From Euglena gracilis (lineage: Eukaryota): a DNA stretch of 64,000 nt. Below are positions 1 through 11,900 of the stretch, in pieces. Where the stretch lies: contig CP154954.1 of NCBI GenBank assembly GCA_039621445.1, positions 3,353,715 through 3,417,714 on the forward strand, read 5' to 3'. The position numbers and the translations under genes are program-made. The notes beneath the pieces were generated by a model. That model did not search any database. It saw only the letters and a program-made list of their open reading frames with translations, and was not told the DNA's origin. Position 1 is the first letter of the stretch, and every line of letters begins with the position of its first letter.

Positions 1-21
1 ATGTATGTATGTATGTATGTA

Positions 22-2275
22 AACCCCCCCCAAAAAATAAGACCCCCCCCAAAAATAAGACCCCCCCCAAAAATAAGACCCCCCCTGGGCCGATCCAGCA
101 AAAATCCAAAAATAAGACCCCCCCAAAATTAAGACCCCCCCTGACGGACACAAGAAAAGAGCCAAAAATACAGTCTCCCCTTCTTGAAAAACATGCAACA
201 AACGGTTGAGTTGGAATACATTTCTCGAAACGACATGCACCAGTAGCACAGCTTCACTGTGTGCATGGCCCCCGGGGTCAGGGTCTTTGGCCTCTTTTTA
301 TTTTGTCCCAATGCATGGCCATCCTCGGAGTGTGTTTAGTGTGCCGTGATGGTTGCTCCCCGCAATTTGGGTTCCACTTCGATGGCGAAGATCTTACGAT
401 AGTTGTTCTTGAAGATGAAATTGTGTTCGGTGTCAAGGTATTGAACAACTGATGTTGTCCCCTCGGGGATCCTTGCAAATTGCGTCTTCGCCGACACGTC
501 CTTCTTTGCACACTCTGTGAAATGTGCCCTTGCAGAATCCCCAATAAACAGCCGCTGTTTGTTGCCCAGGAACGCATCCCACTCTGCATAAATGAGGTTC
601 ATCAAATCTCCATCCACAACACCTTTTTGTTGGAAGTAAGCGCCGGGACCTTTTTTGTGGTTTGTGGTGTAAAATATCAAACACTGTTTTTTCCCCATTG
701 GAAACCGAAAACCGGAAGAGCACAATCAAGCACAGCCCCGAAAAACAGACACATCAGGGTGGTACATCGCTGTCTCCTCAGTTGAAATATTCCCCAGACC
801 TTTGAAAATGACAATTGGCTTTGGCTGCACCACTTCAGTGCCATCCAGGCTGAGAATAACCAAGGGCAGGTACGTGAAGAAGCGCTTGGAATCTTCTGAA
901 GCGTTCGTTCCAAATGCAATGGTGTCCTCCGTGGACATGCCCTCCTTCAACACCATTGACCGCACAAACTCGCCGTTGAAGCTAACAGGTGCCTCATCAA
1001 AGTTGCCAGCAATCCGTTGCTCGATACACTTTCCCCAGTGATTTAGGCTTCTGTGCATGCTTTCCATACCCAGAAAAACATAATTCAATCAAACAACGTG
1101 CAATACTAACTAATGCGAACACGTCGCTACGTTGACCCCCAGGTTTGCTCGTTATCAAACGAGCAAACCTGGGGGTCTTTTTTTGGGCGCAAATCATTTT
1201 TGGTGTATTATTGCTGCCTAAAAAAAATCCAACTTATATGAACAACGGATTGGACCCCAACAATTTGGAATTGGAAGAATTGGTGCAGTGCTTGTACAAA
1301 GGTGTGGAAAGACGCCAAGCGGTCCATCAAGGTTGCCTTGTCCACCTTCATCGTCGGCTTCTCGCGCTGAAATTTCAGGTGATGTCGACGAACGAACAGC
1401 TCCTGCCAACGGTCGCCCAGCTTTGCCGTGATTCCCAGTTGAGTTCGGATGCAAGCAACCTGGTTCCACAATGCAGCAGGTCGCACCACTCCTTTGGAGG
1501 ACTCGGCGTCATACCATGCCATCACCTTGTCCTCCAGTTCCTGGTGTGCAGGTTTCTTTCCAGGCTTGCCAATACTTTTTCGACTCTGCAGAGACTTGTT
1601 CTTTTTGCGCAAATCTTGTAGCAGCTTCAAAATGCTGTCTTTCTTTTCCACATACTCTCTTACTTGTTTACTGCCTGAACTTTGTGACAAATTGAAAAAC
1701 TTTGCTGTGGCATGCTTGCTCTTTGACACGTTTTCAAAGTGGTAGACAATGCAAGCTTGTGTGAGCAAAGTCGGCCTTTCTCGCTTCTTTTTGTCTTTGG
1801 TTTGCTTGTCGACAACTTGCTTGATAATCCGCAAGACGGCTTCTTTGGCATCTTCCTTTGGTTTGGGATCCCCTGCTCCACTTACTTCAGCAAGGGCGTC
1901 GTCCGCAACTGGGGTCCCTTCTTCAGCATTTGCAATCTCAATGATTAAGTCATCCATGGCTGGGGCCTTTTCTTCTTCTCTGACAACTTCCAACTCTGAG
2001 TCTTCATCTTCTGATGGTAATTCTTGTGTGGCAATTGGAGCCATAGATAGCCCAGCCAACATGTCTTCAGACGTCACATTTTGATTTTGACTCATTGCTG
2101 AAGAGTGCGAGCAACACAATAAGAAAATTGTTGTTCACTGGCAAAATCCAGATTTTTTGGAAATTTTCGAGCAAAAATCCAAAAATAAGCCCCCCCCAAA
2201 AATAAGACCCCCCCTGGAGGCTTCCAGCAACGGACCCAAAAATAAGACCCGGGTCTTATTTTTGGGGGGGGGGTT
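22..2275 (-). mobile_element. pogo/Tigger-like (Tc1/mariner superfamily) DNA transposon
   Basis: TIR AACCCCCCCCAAAAA(A)TAAGACCC / GGGTCTTATTTTTGGGGGGGGGTT, TA on both sides inside (TATG)n; subterminal AAAATAAGACCCC repeats; encodes transposase. Confidence 0.9.
336..2095 (-). CDS. pogo-family transposase, spliced (exons about 2095-1256, 1004-744, 638 to about 370; C-terminus uncertain)
   Basis: CENP-B-type HTH (GKKPAHQELEDKVMAW...WQELFVRRH), catalytic NFDEAP, FIGDSARAH, VQYLD (34 residues between the last two Asp); frame restored by two paired-end introns. Confidence 0.85.
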
Positions 2276-2276
2276 T

Positions 2277-2725
2277 ATGTATGTATGTATGTATGTATGT
2301 ATGTATGTGTGTGTACCTATGTATGTATGTGTGTGTGTGTATGGATGTGTGCATGCATGAACGGATGGAGGAAAAGATGGATGGATGGGTGGGTGGATTG
2401 GTGGGTGGGTGGGTGGATGGCTAGATGGGTGGATGGGTGGATGGTTAGATGGGTGGATGGGTGGATGGATGGGTGGATAGATGGATGGATCGATGGATGG
2501 ATGGATGCATGCATGCATGCATGCATGCTGCATGAATGCTTGTATGCCTGTGTGTTGTATGTATTCACATCTGCATGCATGCATGTGTGTACATACATAC
2601 ATGTGTATGTGTGCATGTGTGCGTATGTGTATACACATCCATCCATCCATCCATCTATCCATCTATGTATATATGAATGCATGTAATGTATGTATGCATC
2701 TGTCTATTTATCTATGCATCCATCT
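2277..2725. repeat. Compound microsatellite (TATG)n/(GGAT)n/(ATGC)n
   Basis: Direct reading. Confidence 0.95.
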
Positions 2726-2809
2726 GCACATCCTCGTAAACGCGATGGTGGCTGTTGGTAGCTGGGAGTCCAACAGAAAAATAAACAGAGTAATCGCTCA
2801 GCCCTGGCC

Positions 2810-2908
2810 GAAGTTGCCGACGAGACACTCGCCAGTGTGGATCCCTGCACGGAACTTCAGCAGTGGCAGGCCGCCCGCCCGCCACGACATATGCAGGTCC
2901 ATGACGCT
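2810..2908 (-). CDS. Cyclase exon 23 (SVMDLH...RAGIHTGECLVGNF)
   Basis: RxGIHTG..VGN motif; CTGctgct| and |ggcCAGGG. Confidence 0.95.
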
Positions 2909-5900
2909 AGCAGCAGGGTCAGCCGAAAGCCCAAATGCTTTCCTTTGGCACAGACTCTGGATGTCTTGGTTACCATTCGGTGGATTACATGTGTCTTGTA
3001 ACTTCACTGCAGGCAGCAAAGGGGTTTATTCATCTCAGAGCCGCTGGGTGGAGGTCATTAAATGTTGGCGTTTAGTTTTTGGGGCAGGGAAAAGACATTG
3101 AAAAACAAGCTGAAAAGCGCCGGCAACACATTTTCACTGGACACTGGTATGACGCTTTTCACCAAACACTGCGGTTTGAACGGGTGGATGGGTTGTGGGT
3201 CACTGGGGGGGGGGGTCCAGTGGCCCACAATCCATCCACCCGCTCTGAGGTGGGGTGTGCCATGAGTCAGTTTGGCCAGGTCAAACTGATCTGTTTTCAA
3301 GGGTTTTCAGTCAATTTTGGGTGGGCAAGGTCCCCAAAGAGGGATGAGGGTTTTTTTGCCCCCCCCCCTCCTGTAAGAGGGAGAGAGTTCTGTTTCGTAG
3401 GATGAAATATGGGGGTTGAGTGGCCGCCCACACATTGCCCTGAACCTTGAGTGGTGCATCCCTGCTGCCTGTTGCGTGTCAGCACGTTGCCATCATGTTA
3501 GGGAAGCGTTTGCGTGCGAAAGTTGGCATAAACTTGATGGGCTTTTTAAACAACGTTCATGTGTTCATTTGTTGTTGTTTTGGAATTTTCCTTGAAAATT
3601 GTTTACAATATGAAGTATGTGCTACCACCTTTCAATTGTAAGCAGAAACACATGCCCTAAAAGAATCACCCCCCCCTGGGAACCGAGAAACCTGTACACC
3701 TGGGGAGGGGGGGGAAGGACTTTCCAGCGTGACACGACAGCCGGTAGGTACGAGCCCCAAGGTGCCAACTTCCCTGGGGGCGGGGGGGGGGAGGTAATGT
3801 GTGGCGTCGCCCTGGGGGGCCTGCATCGCCAGCGAGGCGGCCACAGCGTCCCCTCTCGGGCCAGGCCAGCCTCAAATCAACCGAGCAAAAAAACAACGTT
3901 CCACCAACATCGCCATGGCGCAGCCCCGCGGTGGGGCAACAGTGGGGGGAGGGGGGGGGGCACTTCTTCCCCTTCTGGAAGCACAGAGTTTGAATGTCCA
4001 GGGACCACGAATCTCCCGCTCTGGTCAGCGGGGGGGAGGGTAGTTGAGGCTGAAATGAGGCCCAACCTTTGCCCCAACTGACCCATTGGGACCTGCCCAA
4101 TCCTCACGCAGATCTATTCCGACCGCCACCCCTGAACCCGGATGCCATGCTTCCAGCCGGCTTTTCCAGCGGTCAGAATCACAGAAGGTAACCGCATTGA
4201 CTGCCAACCCCCACTGCGTTGGATGACCCCTCACTCCATCGTATCTGGTTGCACTGTTTTTTTTATATTTTAGAGAGTTGCTGATCTTTCCAGCCTTTCG
4301 GCTGGGTTTTCGTTGAATAGTATATTGAGATTTGGGGGATAGCCAGTTCTTAGAACTGGCTATCCACCCTGGGAAGCTGTCCTCTGGGTTTGTACCTAGC
4401 CCCCCCCCCCACAGGGAAACTGTCACCTGACAGGTTGTCCGGTGCCGGGGACCCTGCCAAATCCCCATCATGCTGGTTTGCTCCGACCCCACAGCAAGGC
4501 AGGTCACCGCCGTCCAATTACCATATCCTGACCCCCCCCAGGTCCGGACTCGCAAGATTGGCATCACAGGGAGTTGGCCCCTGCCAAAATATCTGTGTTT
4601 TTGGGGGGGCAAAATCGGTCCCAAAAAACGCCGGGTGAAGTGAACTCTGTTCGCTGGTTTGGCCATGTGAGGGGCCATTTGGGGGGAGTACAACGTTAAA
4701 TGGGTTGCACATGACCGGAGAGCGGGACAAAATGGCGATAATGCAGCAGGGAAATGCCCCAACGATCAAGCAGCCTAAGCTTCCAAAGTGCGAACTACGG
4801 AGCTGTTGATGCAGTCGCCGATGAACTTGTCAATGGTGCCGTTGTGCTGCACGATGTTGGGTTGCTGGGCCCCGCACGGCTGTGCCAGAAAAACTGGTGG
4901 AGAAGTAGACCCCTCCAGGTTGGGATATACGCTTTTATCTGATGATTATGTGGGTCTTTGGTCTGTCATTACAATTATTGACCATTGTTGGTGGCTGTGC
5001 TAAGGATCAGCTTTGAAAGACAAGCATTCTCCGAGTGGGTGACAACGTGGTGTGGGTAGGAAAAGTCACTGTCCGCATTGCCAAATGATGGCGAATGGTG
5101 AAGACCTCCCTAATACCCCACCTCCCTTTCCTGCTGATGAGCCCTTGACTTGTTCTGACCCCTCCCCTGCCCCAAGAAACTGTCACCTGACGAGTCAGCA
5201 GGGTGACAGGTCAGGAGAGCGGCCCAAAATGTATGGAATTTTGATGATTTGTTTGGATTTGGAGTCATTGGTGGACGCTGCGATGGGGAAGCCTCACTCT
5301 CTCCGTGAATGCAAGGGAGGGGAGGGGCTGAATTTCCTCCAATTTTGGGTGAGCTCCCTCCAAGCGTGTCTTTTTGGGGGGTATAAGGCTTTCCACCCTG
5401 AAAAAAACTAGTAAGGAACTTTTTCCCAAAAAAAAACCAGTCAGTCGCTTTGCCCCCACCCCCCCCCCCCTGGGGGGATCGGCCACTCTTGAATGCGCTC
5501 ATGTCGCTCATGTTGGCAAGGCAATATTGCCAAAAAGTTTCAAAAAATTTCCGGCGCCTTCGGCGCCAGGCCAGCTACTTTTCATTTTCAGGCCTACCCC
5601 ACCCCAGGGGGGGGGGTCTCTTGGCCTGAAAACCAGCTAGTCACTCTGAAAAAACCAGTCAGTCCCCCCCCCCGGTGGGGTGGGACAGGTATTAAGCAAT
5701 GGTATGATAAGGACAGGTCTGCAAGTACTGGACCAGAGGACAGTTTCCCAGAGGCCTACCTTAGAAGACATTGACAATTTTTGTCCCTCCAGTCGACACA
5801 AAAAAAAATCGAAACTGCGGGGGGTTCACAAATTTGTGATCAGAAGCCGGATAAAAATGAAAGCAATTATTTTGGGAAATTGCTGTTTTCAACATCTTTA

Positions 5901-8900
5901 CAACAATCTTTGACTGCCCTTGGAAAATAGACACCTGAAAATCTTTTAAAATTCCAAGATGCCTTTAAAAAATTTAAACCCTTAAAAAAGCCTTAAATAA
6001 CCCTAAAAAAAAATGAAAATTTTAGTCTTAAAGATAATAATGCACCCATTACGCACCCGTGCAAAGAAAAATCCTTCGGCGCCGAAGGAACTTTTTGACC
6101 TAAGAATCGGTGCCTCCGGAAATACGGAAAGCTCTGGAGGGTGGGCTCTTTGTGGTTCCACACCATGGTGTCACGGTTCTTTTAAAGGTTGACAGGGAAG
6201 GCATTTTCACACGGCTTTCCGGGAGGAGCTGCCAACAGATCCCCCCTGGGAAACTGTTCCCCCCGGGAAAATGTCCTCCACCCTCTGTGCCCGCTCACCC
6301 TACAAGGGACTACAGAAATCCCCGAAACCCTGTGGGTGGTGGGGGGGGTCGACTGCCCCCCCCCATCCTGGCGGGTGGGAGGGGGAATAACAGGGGGACG
6401 GAAAAAGGATTCTCGAAGGACAAAGAAATGGGGGAAAGAAAAAACACACACAAAAACACATAAACACTCACACACAAAACGACAGTTACATGAAAATTGC
6501 TTCTAAAGAAACTGCCTGGGATGCATGATGTCTGCTGGAGAGGTTATATGTTCTGCAGTAAGGTGCATGTTTTGGACAACTGTGCCAATTTTCCTCTCAA
6601 AAAATCTAAAAGGATGATCAAAAACAGCAAAAAAAAATCCAAATTATGTAGAAAAATGTGCATTTAAAGAAAATGGTCTTGATATGTACCCGCCCCCCCC
6701 CTTGTCGTACGACCGGGTTGCTGCAACCTGTGACCGGGGGGGGTCGTAACACCCCCATAACCTGCAACCTGTGACTGGGGGGGGGGGTCGTAAATGCGGG
6801 GGCGGTCGTAGGTGGTGTTAAAATTTTCGCAACCTGCAACCTGTGACCGGGGGGGGTGGTCATAACACCCCCATGACCTGCAACCTGTGACCAGGGGGTG
6901 GTCATAATGAGGGGTGGTCGTACGACAGGGGGGGGGGGCGGGTAGGTGATTAAGAATTCGGAACATTTGTTGCCAAAGAAAAAGGGGGGGGACACAAAGA
7001 ATGCGAAACACACAGATTTCCAAAATAAAAAAAGCACAAAAAATGCAAAAAAAAAAACAAGACGTGTTTGTTCACACATGCCTCTCCCTCCACTGGGAAT
7101 GGGACTTGGGCGCCAAGAAGTGAGGCTCACTGCCAAGAAGGGGCCCAAGGCGCTGCACATGGCCTCGAAGTACTCCGTGCACACGGAGACCAGCGTGGCG
7201 GGGGTCTCCTTCTCACAGATGGTGGAGAAGCCCTCGATGTCCGTGAACATAATGGTCAGTTTCTCAGCAGCAGGCACCGCTTTGGTGCTATCCCACTGTA
7301 TTGGCCATTCCCCGCTGACCCGATACACCGAATGGAAACTAAGAAAGGAAAAAAGAACATAAAACAAAACGGTGGGGGAAAAAAACGATCAAGATAAACT
7401 GCAACGGTCATTTTGTACGAGTGTTCGTTGTAAAATTGTGAAATGGTAGCTTCCATTGCTGTCGTTCCGCAGCCAACATTTCATAGGGCTTCAAAGGTTT
7501 GTGGTGCTGAACATCGCTTTCATTCAAGGAAAAAAAGCACCAAGCAACAAGCAGCAAAGATTCTCACCACCAATCGTCCAGTTCCTTTCCAGACAAATGC
7601 TGGCCTGGTTGGGGTACATTTGATCGTTTGCCTGCATTTTGCCAGCAATCAAAACCAGTCCCCGGGTGGATGCAAACGTCTCAAAAGAACCAAACAACAC
7701 GCCAAATCATGGAGGAAAAGCAAGGGTGACAGCAAATGAAATTTGCAAAGCATCACTGCATGCCGGAACCACGCAATCACTGCATTGTTAAACAAACATA
7801 AAACTCCCCCTCACCTTTTGTGCTGTACACCTGTGGACAAATATTTATTTTCTATTCAGATTTCGTGGTTCAACTGTGGACACCCAAAAAAACTGTTGTG
7901 GCTCAAAAGTATCTTGTGAACCACATTACATACATGTCTGCCCCACCACGCTTCCAGCCAACACTGACCTCACCAGATCGTAATGCAGATGCTTCTGATT
8001 CCTTCCCTTCATTTAAATCACAGACAATCAAGGGGCATGACAGCATGCGACAACGTTGGAGAGGGGGATGGGGACACGAAGCCCTTCTTTCCTGCGGAGA
8101 AAAAAATGCAAAGACAAACGGGTCTATTTGCTGGCTGCATCGAAAGGAGTTCCATCCCAGTCACGTCGCAAGGTGTGGCAATGCCCATACAAAAAGAACT
8201 ACTCAACCAACCCACAGTTCAGCCGGGAGGCTGCCCAGCACTTTCACCACCGCCTGCGGCACGAACTTCCCATGCAGGGATTTTTGGGACAGGTCTGAGG
8301 GGCTGGTGAGGGGGGGGACCCCTACCTGACACACCACAGCACTGCGAAAATAAAAATTCAAAATTCCTTCGGAGAGAGAAGGTGCCGAGAAAAAAATGAT
8401 GCGGCCTAAAAAACGGCACCCCAGAAATAGGGGAAGGCCTGCAGGGGGGGGGGGGGCGACCCCCCCCCACCCAACCACCCATGGGGTTTGGAGATTCCCC
8501 ACAGCCTTGGGTGGATTGGGGGGAGCCGACAGCTGGGTGGACCTGGGCTGGAACCAAGAAATTGCCCACATCTGTTCCATATGGTATTTGCCACAGTTTT
8601 GTCCCGAACCTTTTTAAAATGGGGGGGGGCACTTCTCCCTGGACCCAAACCCACGCACCCGCCCATTTTTTTGGAAAACCCACCCACCCACGAACTCCCC
8701 CCCCCCGGGATCAACCACCCATCCACCTAACCTCCCACACAAGCAAATTCGGCGGAAAACGCCGAAAAGCGTTTTCCGGCCTTCGTCTGGGCCAAAATCT
8801 GACCCAAGACTCAGGAGGGGGTGGTTCGAATCCACCCACCCACTCTCGAAAATCCCCTCCCCAGGGCGGGTGGGTTCAGCCAGATGATAAGTGAACCTAT

Positions 8901-11900
8901 GCTCCAAATCCCTCAACGACGCCATTTTCGACCAATTCGGGCCATTTCCCCCAAGGTTTTTTGGTGCTTTGCACCGTGGAGTTTCAGCTTGCTTGGCCGG
9001 CTCTGGGGGGGGGGAGGGTAGATGGACGGCCGCCAAGCTCGGCTGCCCGGTCTGAAACTGCGCGGGCTACCACCCCCGGGGAAACTGTCACCTGACAAGT
9101 GAACAAGTACAGAGCTAGGTGACAGGTCCCTTTGTGAAAGTGCGGGCGAGTGGGTTTTGGCCCATGGGCGACAGTTTCCCGGGGGGGGGGGGGGGGGCAG
9201 CCGCACCCTGGCCAGGGAGGGGCTGGGGCACCTTGGTGTGAAAAAGTCCCTGTTCCCAAACGCCCGCAGGCCGCGCTCCATCTGGGTGAAGGAGGCCTGG
9301 AAGCGGTGTAGCTCCCGGAATCAGGGAATCACTCAGTAACCACAGGGGTGGCGGCATTCCTTCCCAAACCCAAAACCCACCCACCCACTTTTTTTCCCCG
9401 AAAACCCACCCCCTCCTTCCCCGACACCCACCCACATACACACAAAACGCAGCATCGGCCGAAAACGCTGGAAAAAGTTCCAGCCTGGCCCTAGGGGCCA
9501 GAAATCCACCCACCCACCCTCCCCCCCCCGGGTGGGGGTCACAATGCTCCAATCCCTCAACGCCATTTTCGACCGGTGGGTTTCCCGGTGGCCGTGCAGC
9601 TGCTTGCGGCGTATCCACCCCTCTTCCCCCCCCCCCCCCCCCAGGTAGGTGTCGGTGAATTTGGAAAACGTGGTGAACTCGGAGGTAGGACAGGTGGGCG
9701 CTTTTCTGGGGGTCCATGCGGGCCCCGCCGCTCCCGGGGGGGGGGGGGGGGGTGTGGGGCTGTCACCGTTCCTGGCGCCGCCCGGGGCCACTAACGCGGA
9801 CAGAGGGGGTGGAGGCCGTGGGGGGGGGTGGCAAAACAATCAAACCACCGACACCCCCCCCAGGTCGGAACCCCCGCCGGCCAGGCCCCCCCCCGCAGGT
9901 TGATGCGGCGCCCCCAGCCTCCACTATGCGGGGCGGGGGGCCTTCAGCAAAAAAAAAAACCGGTCCCTGTGCATCCAATGCAAAATCCACAAGGGAAAAA
10001 CGGCCGGGAAAACAGGCCATATTTTGGCAAAACCAGGCCACTTTCGGGGGGGTAAAAAAAAATTCTGGCATCCTTGGGCCATCAACAATCCAGCCAAAAA
10101 TTCAAAAATGTGTTTTCTTTTCATTTTTTTTTTTCATTTTGACCCAATTCAAGCCCGCCCGGCCAGCCTCAGGCCAGGGTCCTCAGGTGGCAGAGATTGG
10201 GTGTGAATGGATTTCCCGATGTCAAGGGTCAGGAACTCTGATTTGGGGGGGGGGGGCACCACCTCAACCTGAGACACCCCACCCCTAAACTAGGGGGCCA
10301 TGACATAAATTTAAAAAAAAAACTGGAAACGTTCCCCAAGACAGAGGTTGCCTGTGACAGATGTGAAAGCATACTTTTTACTAGGTCACAGGCCAAATAG
10401 GCCACAGATCAGAATAATAATTCCCAAGTCCCATTCCTTGGAAATATGTGATTAATGGCCAAGAGATGATGCCATTTTTGTTGCACAGAAGCTGGAAAAA
10501 AATGCCGTTTCAATGGCAAATGCTATCAATATTATCAAATACCATCATGGTCGGTGGGTACAGCGGGTGGAGGATATTTCCCTGGAGCTCACAGATTGTG
10601 CAGACGACACTCTCCCCTCCCCTTGCTGAAAATTGCCGCCCGACAAACCTGTAAGCTCAAACCTGAGTGATAACAGGGGGCCCTGTCGTGAACCTTCCCA
10701 CAGGACAAGTCAGCCGGTCAGACACCCCTCCCTCCCCACGGCGACAGCCTCCCAGGGTGGGCACGCTTCTTTTAACGACCCCAGCAAGGGAGGGGGAGGG
10801 GACCCCCCCAAAATCAGGCCATCTGAGGGCATATCCAAAAAAAATGCGCTTTGTGCTGTAACCCATACCTGGGACTCTGGCCTGGGACCCCCCCCCTGGC
10901 CCCCGGGGATGTCCAGCCCTGGACTCCCCCCCCCCCGGGAGGGTCTACTGAGTTGAAAAGAAGCCTGGTGGGCCACACCCTCGTAGGCATGGGCGGACCC
11001 CTGGGCCCCCGCGCCAGCGCGTGGAGCCGCGTCCCCAGCCACAGCCCCACGCCGAGGGGCAGGAGGACCGCCACAGCGCTGACCGCCCCCAGGATGGCGA
11101 CCCGGGGCGGGGGGCTGTGGGGGGGGGGCACGCATCCGCCGAGCCATGGTGGGCCGGGGGTGTACGGCGGGGTAGCCACCGACCATGGGGGTTCCGCTTT
11201 CGACACAAAGATAAAAAAAGAAAAGAAAAGAAAACCACCCAAACAAACCAAGCAGTTGCCGTCAGGCGTTTGCCATGGTCGCTGGGCCGCGTAACTACGT
11301 AAATGCCAGCTGGCTAAAAAAAAAAACATGACTCGTGTGATGCCAAAACCACACAACACTATTTTTGGAGTGCTTTTCCAAGCTTTTCTAGTCCCTCTGA
11401 ATTAGTCTGGTCCCCCCCTCCCGTCCAGGAATACCCGCTTTGTTCGAAGAAAGACAGTGTCATTGGACATTGATGGAACTTCACATGGATGAGGATGACA
11501 TTCAAGTGAAGTTCGGCTGTTCCTTTGACTCGTTCAGCAGGTCAGGATCTCACACCTGAAACATATTGAAGCGTGGAGTCTTCACGGGGTAAAAGAAAAG
11601 CACTTCCGGCGCCTTTTGGGGAAGAGGTCAAACCTGAACTAAATGCAATTCCAGAGACAATCGTTCAGTTCCCCGGCTGTGACGCCCTTCTTGTCCGACA
11701 CGGACTGGTCCACTTGAGCGTTAGTGGCATCAATGCTTCCCATTACCGACGCCCGGTTCTTCAGCATCAGCACCGTGCACTGCAGGGTGCTGCTGGGCTG
11801 GAGACGAACCACTGCTTCCACACCCCACACCCCCGCACCATTGTCCACCAATGAATATCAATTTGTTGGCTTGGTCATCCTGAAGAAACCTCATCAGGGG

